Source: Pseudovirgaria hyperparasitica (lineage: Eukaryota). From it: 64,000 bases of DNA. The DNA lies in the NCBI GenBank assembly GCA_010093815.1, contig ML996569.1; one strand, written 5' to 3'. Shown one piece after another: positions 23,756 to 34,395 of the stretch (positions are counted from its first letter, which is position 1; each line of letters starts with the position of its first letter). Both the position numbers and the translations under genes were made by a program. Under the pieces are notes generated by a model that did no database searches, had not been told where the DNA came from, and saw only the letters and a list, made by a program, of their open reading frames with translations.

Positions 23756-26247
23756 ATGGCCATGTCGAAGCTGGTCAGCGCGCTGCACGTTCTCGCACTG
23801 ATAACTGTACCGACGGCCTCCGCGAGTGGAATCATCGGCTTTGGTATCTCATTGTATCAGGACCTTTGCTGCCAATCATGCCACGACTCGCTTTCCAAAC
23901 TGTACCTCAACTGTACAACATTTCCAGAGGGCATGGATGCTGAATCGGCTTCGAGTATGTCCATGGACATGGGAATGGACATGTCTATGATGCCCGAGAC
24001 CAGCGAGGAATGCTACGCGTCGAATACTCCTTGGCTGCAAACTATGGCATACTGCATCCAGAAGAACTGCAATGCCGATGGATATCCCACCTCTAAGCAA
24101 GCAGAGTGTTTCAGCAAGCAAGCACTTGGCGGCGCAACAGAGCCGACCTTCCAGGACAGCTTGCCATCATCTGCCCCTACGGAAGAACTGGCGGCTGATG
24201 CGCTCTGGCTCAACTCGACCAGCCTTGTCAACGGAGACACATACTACTCGACCCATGGTACTCTGGGCGAATTCGCCAGATCGGAGTATATCCACACGCG
24301 ATACTCGTAGGTTTTGGATGCTATGCCTATCTGACGGAGACTAACTCGTTTGCAGTTTAATACTTTATCTGATTGTCATTGGCTTCATCCTAGCCTGTGG
24401 TCTCTTCGTCCAGACACAGCGAATTCTACCTGGATTTCAAAAACAGCTGCAGACGTCTACGCTATGGGCCAAATGTCAGCAAGCGGTCTTCCTACCCGCT
24501 CTGTTCAGAAGTCGACGCCTTGAACCTTTGCCAGCCAATGCTGGGTATGTTCCTGGTAGGGCTTTGACCATCTCAATTGCTGTATATGTCATCATCAACA
24601 TCATACTGTGCTCTGTGTCCTATCGCAGCTTTCAACCGAACATATATTTCCTGTCGAAAGGCTTCGAACTGTGCGAATACGTAGGAAACCGCACTGGAAC
24701 CATCAGCATAGTCAACATGAGTATAGCCATCTTGTTTGCGGGGCGCAACAACATTCTCATGACAATTACTGGCTGGAGTCAAACCACTTTCATGACTCTA
24801 CACCGCTGGACAGCACGCGTGGCCACGTTGCAAGCCGTTGTCCACTCCATTGTCTACACAATGGCTTACTGGGAGCAAGGGTACGAAGGCGCCTCTGCAT
24901 ACGCTGCAAAGGCTGCAGAGCCATTCTACGTAAGTTCAAACACAAGGCGTTCTGCAGAGTGATTCTAACATTATATGATAGTATTGGGGAATCATCGCGA
25001 CCATTGCAATGTGCTTGATCCTCCCATTCGCCCTCCTGGCATTCCGCATCAAGTTCTACGAGACATTCCTAGTTATCCACATTGCCCTGGTCATCCTCAC
25101 ATTAGCTGCAACATGGTACCACATTGTTCCCCACTTTGGTTACGTATATGGCTACCAGACCTGGCTGTACCTCTGCTTCGCTTTTTGGGTCTTCGACCGA
25201 GTGGCCAGAGTTGCGCGCGTTGGCTTCTACAGCCATCTTGGCAGCTCCAAGGCCATCGTTGAACGGGTCCCGGGATGCGACGTCATGCATGTCACGGTGT
25301 ATCCTCGCACTACCATAGGTTTCGGTGTTGGGCAACACACCTTTCTGTACTTTCCCTATATTGGCGTAGGGAAGTTCTGGGAAAGCCATCCTTTCAGTGT
25401 AGTTAGCTGGGGAAGGCAGCGACGATTGCAACCAAGTAATTCTAGCTCGGCGTCCTCCTCGGCGGAGAAGAGAACTGCCGACGACGAGATCAACGTTGTT
25501 GGTGCGAAGCATGGCTTGAGCACACATTCGCGAGCCATTACCAAGGACTCGTCCTCACCGCTCTTAGGCGAGATGGATGAACGGCCTTCGATATCATTCA
25601 TGATGCGGGCCCACACTGGCTTCACAAGAACCTTACTTCGAGATCTCTTCACCTCTGACACTCGGCCTGCAGAAATTGCAGTCTATACGGAAGGACCATA
25701 TGGGGGACACGGTGCGACCCTGCAGCCGCTCGTCAACGCGGACACCGTCATCTGTCTCGTTGGCGGTATTGGTATCACCAACATTCTCGGTTTGGTTCAG
25801 GAGTACACCAGCGGAAAGTTCACCGGTGGTGAGAGTCAGAGTAAGACACGGGGTCTGATGAAGAAAGCTAAGAGACTAGTGCTTCTCTGGTCTGCAAGGG
25901 AGATGGCCTTGATCGACTTCGTAAAGGATAGGTTCCTTTCATTCGACGTGGAGGTTGAAGGAATCGAGTGCGCGTTCTGGTGCACAGGAAACTCCAAGAA
26001 CACTGAGCAGGACTCGGATACTGAAAGCCAGAAGGCAAGCGGAGTCAAGACAGGACAATCCGCTGTCGCAACGAGAGGACGAATGATGATGGGAACGGAG
26101 CTAAGGTCTCACTTGGAAAAAGGCCAGCAGACAACTATTGTCGTATGCGGACCTAGCCAGATGACGGACGAAGCCACCAGAGAAGTGGTCGGCTGTATCA
26201 AGGAGGGTTATAGAGTGGACCTTGTTGAGGAGGCTTTCAGCTGGTAA
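23756..26247 (+). CDS. Ferric/cupric reductase (FRE family) with signal peptide and Cys-rich, Met-rich extracellular N-terminus (3 exons)
   Basis: Signal peptide; GIIGFGISLYQDLCCQSC; MSMDMGMDMSMMP; heme-ligand His in LHRWTAR...VVHS and YETFLVIHIAL...WYH; FAD motif WESHPFS; EGPYG; NADPH motif GGIGIT; C-terminal VCGP...EEAFSW. Confidence 0.93.
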
Positions 26248-26538
26248 TTGGCATATGAGCGTCTTGATATCCAACCATTCGATTCCATACCGCCTAGTTC
26301 AAATCCTTCCGAGCTGATGTACAAGCTGGATTACTGTGTCCTGCGAGCCAAGATAAGCAGAACCGTGATGTCCAGCACCGTTGATGTCCCAGCGCTCCAA
26401 GGTAATAATAGCACAATGCTATATACACTAGCACCACCGCCGTTCACCTTAAATAGCCCGTTTCCGCAAGCCACGTGCTACATATGCGTGGGGACCTTGT
26501 CCGCTAACCAGGATCGACTGCTACACCACGTTTCTGCT

Positions 26539-26557
26539 ACTTGCTCGAACATGCTCA
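26539..26557 (+). promoter_or_regulatory. Tandem TGCTCR (CuRE-like) element upstream of the opine dehydrogenase
   Basis: ACTTGCTCGAACATGCTCA; 15/19 identical to the 23412-23430 element, with the same 10-bp spacing. Confidence 0.5.
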
Positions 26558-26738
26558 TCTCCAGACGATGATCCCTCTCCGCTCGGCCGACCAACACGAA
26601 CACACTTGTTTTCTTGCCAGGATGCTGCAGATATATATGCAGAAGCAAACCCAAACAGACGATCTTCGCATACAAGCATATTCTCAACGACATAGCACCG
26701 TCTTACACATACATAGTCCTCGTTAGAACGACGCTATA

Positions 26739-27906
26739 ATGCTTCAACCGAGAGTTGCCATTGTCGGCGCAGGACCTGCTGGATATGGTATGTGACGCTC
26801 CTTGTTTCACCCAACATAAAATTGCTAAACATACCACAGCCCTCGCCGCGGACCTTCACGCCCATCACAACTCAGTCCTCATCTACTCACATCCCTCGCA
26901 CACCTCCCACACCGACGCCGTCATACGCAAAGGCGTCCTCCGCTCCAATGGTCTCATCGTCTCCGCCATCACTCCTCGCACGACGACCGACATGGCCGAC
27001 GTCGTGGCCTTCGCAAAGACCGTCGTCATCACAGTGCCGAGTACAGGCCAGGAAACCGTGTGGGAGGAACTACGCAGATTCGACCTGAGTGCGCACACCA
27101 TCGTCGCAGTACCAGGCAATCTGTTCGGCCTAGTAGTGCAGAGAGAACTGCGCGACGTCAAAGTCAGAGCCATCCTCGAGACAAATCTCTCCCCATACTC
27201 CTGTCGCATGAGCGAGGGCGCCCTCGTCGTCCTCGGCAAGAAAAGCAGCTTCCACATCGCCCGCCTCGACGATCCCCCTTCCCTCACAAACCCAATCCAC
27301 CACCCCCCAGACGATGACGCCGACGTGCGACTCCGCCTCACAGCCCTATTCCCCCTGCACCTGCACTGGTGCGCCAACATCGTCGAAGTCTGCCTCTCCA
27401 ACATCAACGGCGTCTTCCACCCGCTGATGGTGCTGCTGAACGCCGGCCGCATCGAGTCCACCTCCGGCGCCTTCTTCTTCTACCGCGACGGCCTCACACG
27501 CTCCGTCGCCAACGCCCTCGTCGCCGTCGACACCTGCCGCATCGCCGTCGGTGCAGCGCTCGGCATGTCTCTGCCCAGCGTCATCCAGGTCAGCAACGAG
27601 TGCTACGGACACACCTTCACCGACCTCGTGCAGCTGGCGCGTGAGAGCGAGCCGCATCGCGACTTGCGTGCGCCGCAGGGCGTCGAGAGTAGGAATATTG
27701 CTGAGGATGTGGGCGATTTGCTGGTTGCGTGGTATGCGCTTGCGCGGGTGCTGGGGGTGGAGTGTGCGCCGTTGTATGCGGTTATTGTGATGGCTGGTAT
27801 GTGTACTGGGGTGGATTATCTGGTTGAGGGTAGGGGGCTGGCGAGGTTGGGACTCGAGGGCGTGGGGAGGGAGGAGTTGATTGCGCGGTTTGGGGTGAGG
27901 CGGTGA
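26739..27906 (+). CDS. NAD(P)-dependent opine dehydrogenase (octopine/nopaline dehydrogenase family), 2 exons
   Basis: Exon 1 MLQPRVAIVGAGPAGY (Rossmann GxGxxG); intron 26788-26839; ETNLSPYSCR; C-domain SNINGVFHP (catalytic His), LLNAGRIE, FFFYRDG, AVD..R.AVG.ALG, RNIAEDV (catalytic Asp), GRGLARLGL. Confidence 0.88.
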
Positions 27907-28042
27907 TGGATGGAGGGTTGTTTAGGGAGCGGGTTGCATATGTACATACATACATTCATACATACATGTATATTCATAATCGTGTACACACCAGCTATAC
28001 ACACTAATTAGCTATACCACACCACACCACGCCCCTCCCCTC

Positions 28043-28849
28043 CTACTCCCCCTTCACCGCAACAACAACCAACAACTCCATCCCCATCCGAATCCACCCA
28101 TCCGCCTCCCTCTCCGCCTCCCACTCCACCCTCATCTCCTCCCTACACCTCTCCCTCAACTCCCCAGGCGGCACCCCACCATACGTCTGCCCCGAACTAC
28201 TCGTATCCAACCACTCCACCATCTCCCCGGGGCCCTCCCTCTCCACCACAATCCGATTAACCCACATCTCCCTCCCACCCGTAAACCCGCCCCCATCCAA
28301 CAACCCATTCATCTCCCCGCGCGTCAGAAAATGCGGGCCCCCAACCTCCTCAAACGCCGCATACGGCGCACGCGCAAGAACCCGCGCCTTGATCCGCTCA
28401 TGCGCAGCCTCGAAGTCGCCGCTTCCGCCGCTGACGCCCAGCCGCCCGCCCGGCTTCAGGACGCGGGCGAACTCGCGGATCGCGCGCGCCTGGTCGGCGA
28501 CCCAGTGGAGGGTGCTGTTGACGAAGACGATGTCGAAGGCGGCGTCGGGGAAGCGGGAGAGGTCTTCTGCGATGCCGACGTGGAAGGTTAGGAGGGGGTT
28601 GTGGGCGTGGGTTTGGGTGGCGAGGGCGATGCGGTCGGTGGAGGGGTCGATGCCGGTGACGTGGGCGGGCGGGCTGGTGAGGGTGGAGATGTGGGCGGCG
28701 AGGTTGCCTGGGCCGCAGCCGATGTCGAGGACGGTGGCGGCGGGCGGGATGGGCAGGTGGGAGAGGAGGAAGAGGGCGGCGTTGAACTGGGTGGTGTTGC
28801 GGGTTGTGTAGCCGGATGCGAGGGCTGGGGTGTCGTTGCGGGTTGTCAT
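28043..28849 (-). CDS. Class I SAM-dependent methyltransferase-fold enzyme (intronless)
   Basis: Motif I VLDIGCGPG; VTGIDPS; AEDL; FDIVFVNSTLHWV; RVLKPGGRL. 268 aa. Confidence 0.92.
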   Translation of the reverse strand: MTTRNDTPALASGYTTRNTTQFNAALFLLSHLPIPPAATVLDIGCGPGNLAAHISTLTSPPAHVTGIDPSTDRIALATQTHAHNPLLTFHVGIAEDLSRFPDAAFDIVFVNSTLHWVADQARAIREFARVLKPGGRLGVSGGSGDFEAAHERIKARVLARAPYAAFEEVGGPHFLTRGEMNGLLDGGGFTGGREMWVNRIVVEREGPGEMVEWLDTSSSGQTYGGVPPGELRERCREEMRVEWEAEREADGWIRMGMELLVVVAVKGE

Positions 28850-29050
28850 TTTTTTTGGGTTTGTCGGGGGGTTTTGTGTGTGCTGGGGGGAGGTGGATGT
28901 ATATGATTGTGTCGGGGGGATGGAAAATTGGGAAGTGAAATGTGTTTGTTTTGAAGGTGAGGAGAAATGTTGTACATGGGATGGACTGGAGCACGTGGGT
29001 ATTAGAGAGCTTTTGGCATGAGTGAGAATGTTTCAAGGGTATCGGTCAGA

Positions 29051-29069
29051 GGAGTAAGTTTGAGCAGGT
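29051..29069 (-). promoter_or_regulatory. Degenerate third copy of the tandem TGCTC element, upstream of the methyltransferase
   Basis: Minus strand reads ACCTGCTCAAACTTACTCC (14/19 identical to the 26539 element), about 200 bp upstream of the ATG at 28849. Confidence 0.4.
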
Positions 29070-29456
29070 TGTGTGACACACAAGGTCAGTTTAAGGGCGG
29101 GGGGTGGAGTGGGGCGTGTACCGTGGGCGCAAGGCGTCCGGACTGAGGTGGTGCTCAGGGGAGTGTAGTCCGACAATGGCTTGTTTGTTATGTTTTCCAG
29201 TGTATTATTTTCCCATGCCCCAACGTTGGATTTTCTTTCTCGTGCTTCCTATTGGCCAATTGTCTATTTACATGACTTCTGCAGATGTATGCGGCCAGGG
29301 GGAGCAGCCCGGGATGCGTGCATAGGCCCTTGCAGCCATCTCGGCCGAAAACGGAATCCCGGTTGTAATATGCTTATCCGGGATCGGCGAATGCTTATAT
29401 CTCCGACACGTCCCTGACATCGCATTTTCTTCGCTATATTGATTAGGTGACAAAGC

Positions 29457-31102
29457 ATGTATACAGATGCCCTCCTTCAGTCTCCAGCAGCAGTGCTCGG
29501 CATAACATCAGTGGCGCTTGTAAGAGCGTCTTCGTCTGCCTTATGCAGTGCTAACGGCGGCAGCTGATCGGATACATCCTTACGCAAGCGATACAACGTC
29601 GATTCTTCCACCCGTTCAGTCATGTACCAGGCCCGTGGCTCAATAGCATTTCAGAAATACCAGCTGCATTCCACCTCGTCAACGGAGAGCAGCATCTTTA
29701 CTATCGGTCTCTGCACGAGAAATATGGCCCTGTGGTTCGCGTCTCGCCTGACGAGCTGAGTTTTGTCAGCGTAGAGGCGCGGGACGAGATATATGGCCAC
29801 CGAGTATGACCATGTTCCATCGTCATACCAAGTCATGCACACTGACCTCTAATACAGAAGGCAGGTCTAATGGAGAAGAGTCCCATCTTTCTTGGCGCGG
29901 TGGGACAAGTCAACGGAGAGACCGGTGTGAGTCTTGCACTGAACGCAGAACACACCAGACAGCGTCGGGCAATAGGGTACATCTTCACAAACAGCGCCCT
30001 ACTCCAGCACGAGAGCATAGTACGGCGCCATATACACAAATGGATCAATGTACTGCGTGATGCGGCTAATGGAGCCCGCCCCCTCGACTTCTCTGACTGG
30101 TACACATACCTCGCCTTCGACATCATGGGCGACCTCTGCTTCGCCGAGCCCTTTGGCTGCCTCGACCAAGCCTCCGCAACATCCTGGTCCACATCCGTCA
30201 TCAAGGTCTTCGTCGCAGCAACCTGGACCCAAGCCATCCGCCGCATCACGGGCGTCGGCACCACGCTCGAGACAATCCTCACAAAGCTCCTCATCCCTCG
30301 CAGAGCAGCCGAATGGCGGCTCACGCACCTCGCAAACTCCAAGGAGAAAACCCTGCGTCGTCTCGCCGACCCAGACCGCGACCATCCGGACTTCACATAC
30401 CAAATCCTGCACAGCGAGTCGAAGAAAAGCCTCTCGCACACCGAAGTAATCCTTAACATGGGCCTTTTCATCAGCGCGGGCACAGACACCACGGCGACGG
30501 CATTGGCCGGCTGGACGTATTTCGTATGCACACATCCAGACGTGTACGCGCGCTTGACGGGTGAGATCAGAAGCGCGCTCGCCGATGAAACGGCGATCAT
30601 ATGGACGAATGTGCGCCATCTGCGCTATCTCGAAGCCACCATCAAAGAGGCACTCCGGCTATTCCCTCCCTCGGGCGCGAGTCAGCAGCGGATTGTGCCG
30701 GTAGGCGGAGCGGTGATCGACGGCTACCACATCCCCGCGGGGAAGACAGTCGCCGTATCGCCCTGGGCATCGACTCGTTCCTCTCTCAATTTCCACGAGC
30801 CAGACGCTTTTATGCCGGAGAGGTGGCTGGGCACACACGAGAGGTTTGCCAATGACCGACTTGCTGCGTCGGTGCCGTTTGGGAACGGGCCGAGGGTCTG
30901 CGTGGGCAAGAATTTGGCGTACATGGAGATGCAGCTTGTGGTGGCGCACCTGTTGTGGAATTTTGATATTGAGCTTGATAGGGGACTGTTTGTGGATCGG
31001 AATCGTGTCTGGGGGTTGGATGGCGTGTTGAAGCCGCCCAAGGTGTTTCATTCTACGATGAAGCCTGAGTTGTGGGTGGCTTTGAAGGATATACGGCGCT
31101 GA
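29457..31102 (+). CDS. Cytochrome P450, CYP65/Tri11-like type (3 exons)
   Basis: FFHPFSHVPGP; LHEKYGPVVRVSPDELSF; FDIMGDLCFAEPFGCL; I-helix AGTDTT; EALR; FMPERW; heme motif PFGNGPRVCVG. Confidence 0.93.
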
Positions 31103-31305
31103 GTAGTTATCTTACCCATGAGTTGCGTCAAGTCTTCTCGAGCTAGCATCGTCGTGTTGTGAAACAGCTCGTACATAGGTACAGCTGGACATAGCTTCAG
31201 TAAGCCGAGTACATGCACCCGCTTTAACGGCATAAAATGAACATCCTAGGGGTGCGGTCACCTGCTAACGGGCTAGCATATGCCCGATGCAAAGACTTTC
31301 ATAAT

Positions 31306-33687
31306 TCAGTTGAGATAGCCCAGCGTGTCATCCTCGAGCAGCCCCATCATATACTGGTTTCCATTCCACCAGTCGCCAATACTGTTGTTCATCACGACGT
31401 TGCTGTCTACACTTGGGCCTCCTGCGAACCCCATGGTGTTCAAGTATGGATTTAGTGCGCTCCACGCTTGAGAACTAATGTTTACGGCCTGGTCTGGGGC
31501 CGATGATGGCGTGTTGGACTGGGAGTGACCCTCGACATATAGATTGGCGACTTGGTGTAAGGTTGAGCACAGTGCATGCATCTTTCGTGATCCTTCCGTA
31601 GTCTGGCCCATCGCAAGTGTTTGAACAAACTTCTCCATGCGCTGGAGGTCACCTGCATCTTGGGTGCTGAGAACATTCCCGAATAGGACGATGAAGGGCA
31701 CGAAGGGGGCTTGAAGGATGGTCCTGTGGCAAATGGATTTAGCTCATGCAAGAGTGATATCCGATCATTGAACATACCAGTGGATGTAAAGGGACCAGGA
31801 GTCTTCTCCAATGTCAACATAACTGTCAGCAGCCTTCTGGTGGAGTGCGAGTGCAGCTCTGGCATAGCCTAAGCAATCCGGACTCAGACCAGCATCACTG
31901 GAGCTTCGAGCAATCATGCAGCACACCACATTGACTACTACCTCGTCAGAGATACAAAGAAGCTTCACCGCACGTATGCCTGCAATTGTGTCGGGCAGGT
32001 TCAGACTCTCGTGGTGCTGATACAGCTGTGGAATCTTAGATTTAGCTCATCAATTTTGTCAGCGGAACTCACTTGAGGGATTTCCTCCCGTACTGTCTCA
32101 ATCTCATGCAGGAGTAACTTCGCATGGTTCTTTTGTACCTCTCTGCTTTGTTTGAGCGCAGCAGGACTGTACAATTGCTCGTATACCCGGCCTTGAACAC
32201 GGGCAGTACGAATCCATAAGCATACAACTTTGGTACTGTATTGAGCCACAGGCGAGCTGCCATAGTCTGGCAGGTCGACATCAATGTCATAATCCTGCAG
32301 AATCGCTGCTCTCCCAAACCGTAGCGAGATCGACCTGTCCATGACATAGATGTACCAGAAGATCTGTGCTTTGCGTCGCCTCTGCTGGTCAGTGTCATCT
32401 TCGGACATTCTATGCCAGCCCATTGAGAGCGCAGCACTAGCTGCGGCCGCTGTCAACTTCCAACTCATGGTCGGTCTACAGGTCTCGATGGCGTAACATG
32501 CTCCGAAGAGAAGAGCCGATATGAGATTCTCGTTTCCGGGAGACAGTACCTCGAGGTTGGACAGCGCGATCTCCAAGTTGTCTTTGCACAGAGAACTCTG
32601 TGGCCCCCGCTCAATATCGTAGCCCAGCCTCCCCCCAGAAGAGTCGCATCCGAGCCAGTAGAGATGACCGAAAACCAGTATTGCTGTTGACGTGGGATAG
32701 TTATCGAGGCAGAAAAAGACATCCTTACACAGTTCTGTAAGCTGGTCGATATCCAAGACGGCGAAGGGATCCAAGAAAGTAAGAGTCGGGGATACTAAAG
32801 TCGGACATGTCAGGCAGGTATCAGAAGCTTGTATGATGGCATAATTGTACTTTTGGCTTGCCGTAGTAGATTCAACACCACATCCGTCGGTGGCAATTTT
32901 AGTCGCCGATAGTCAAATCGAGAGTCGCCCCCTAGTCTCGCAGGTGGAACTGTACCCGGTGTGGGCTCATGACGGCTTGAGAGTTGTCGCAGATGTGCCA
33001 AGGCTGAAGACATGGCTGGGCTACTTGCAGCAAAGGGATCTTCTTGAACTGCTTTCTCGAGCAGGTCACGAGCATATGCAGAGTGAGCACGCATCGATGT
33101 TTCGCCTTCATAGGCCTGTCTCTCTTCTTTGGTGAGGTCATCAGCTGACAAAGGGGATGCATACGCGGCTCGGGATACGGCACGCGGAGACGTCTTGGGT
33201 ACTTGTGTCAAAGAAGAAGATGAAGATGGTGCAGGGTATCTGGTGTTCTCGCCAGAGTGGAAGACATGATCGAGGTCTGCTAGCCTCTCCTGGATGAAAT
33301 CGATTTTTCTCTCACTGCGCCTATCAGTCAACCCTGCTTGAGACACACAGGAGTCACCACCAACTATTCTTCAGTTACATGGAGTCGTTTTCGGGGAGCT
33401 TTGGGCTCGGGATTACTGGTTTTACATGGGATGTTCGACGCTTTACATGACGAACATGGTGATGCTTTGTCGCAGCGTACCTGAGTAGTTATATGGTTAA
33501 TGATGACTCCTCGCTTCACGAGGAGACGCCCACCTTTCTTGCTCTGCAGGCATTGCACTATAGCTGATATGTCAGCATATATGTGTCACCATGGTAGCAC
33601 AGGCATGAAGCCAAAAACACTTACCGCTCGTTTGAAAAATGGCGACGGGCTTGTAGCGACCCGATTGCCCGCGTCTTGTGCTGGCAT
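31306..33687 (-). CDS. Zn(II)2Cys6 transcription factor with fungal-specific middle homology region (multi-exon)
   Basis: Spliced N-terminus KRA|CNACRARK|VRCDKASPCSSCKASNIPC; middle region MGWHR...RRRKAQIFWYIYVMDRSISLRFGRAAILQDYDID. Confidence 0.9.
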
Positions 33688-34395
33688 GGAGAGCGTTCAG
33701 AGCAGAAACTAGAGCAAGGTGAAATGAAAATGATTGGGAATTGATTATCCCGGTATTGAAATTTGCTGGAGGCTGAAGAGGAGTAGGCGAATCCATTGCT
33801 CTAAGAGATTTCGGAGTCCTCGGGATCCGTGGAACCCTGATGACTCAGCAGTTACGCCTCCTTCTTCCATATGGCCAGAGCATTAGTTTACAAAGACACT
33901 GCAGTCTCGAATCATGATATTACGGCCATCTAGGGTTTACTTACAGGACGGTTGAGCCGGAGATGGTGCGAGATGGAGATGATAATGGTTCCTGCAGCAC
34001 ATACGGAAGGAGTGAACGCCAAGGAAATGTAGGACGTCATGGCTCCGAATCGAAACAACCTCCTTTGACGCTCAATATGTTGTTCTCGGTGTCCACGGCC
34101 GCCGTTCAATCTGTATTTCTAAGTCCTCCTCGATGTATGATGTAGGTGCTTGTGTCGTAAGTCCAGCCAGGCCGATCTTGTCAGCGACCTCTTTGGCCCG
34201 TCTGGAAGGGCTGCTGCTTTGAAGCATAAGGTCGCGCACCATGGCTATAAGATCTACTCTGAAGACCCATAACCCAGCGCCTCTCCGTTCTGTACGCAGG
34301 AACATTCAACTTCTATCTCTACCCTCGACAATTTCACCTGTCTTTCTGGGTATATTGTCATCAATCGAAAGCACGCGGGATTGAGAGCAGCAAAC

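Noticed and set aside
27700..28330. G-rich block followed by a C-rich block, suggesting a large inverted repeat or hairpin
   Set aside because: No true sequence complementarity; explained by the G-rich 3' ends of two convergent genes.
28043..28849. Calling the SAM enzyme a nicotianamine synthase / CntL ortholog
   Set aside because: Its motifs match ordinary class I small-molecule methyltransferases; the analogy is kept only as a hypothesis.
28398..29036. Arg/Pro/His-rich 212-aa ORF and other overlapping ORFs around the methyltransferase and dehydrogenase
   Set aside because: Shadow frames of high-GC coding sequence; the real frames carry clear family motifs.
33532..33555. 24-nt exon encoding CNACRARK in the Zn2Cys6 gene
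   Set aside because: Short exons splitting the zinc cluster are common in fungal Zn2Cys6 genes.
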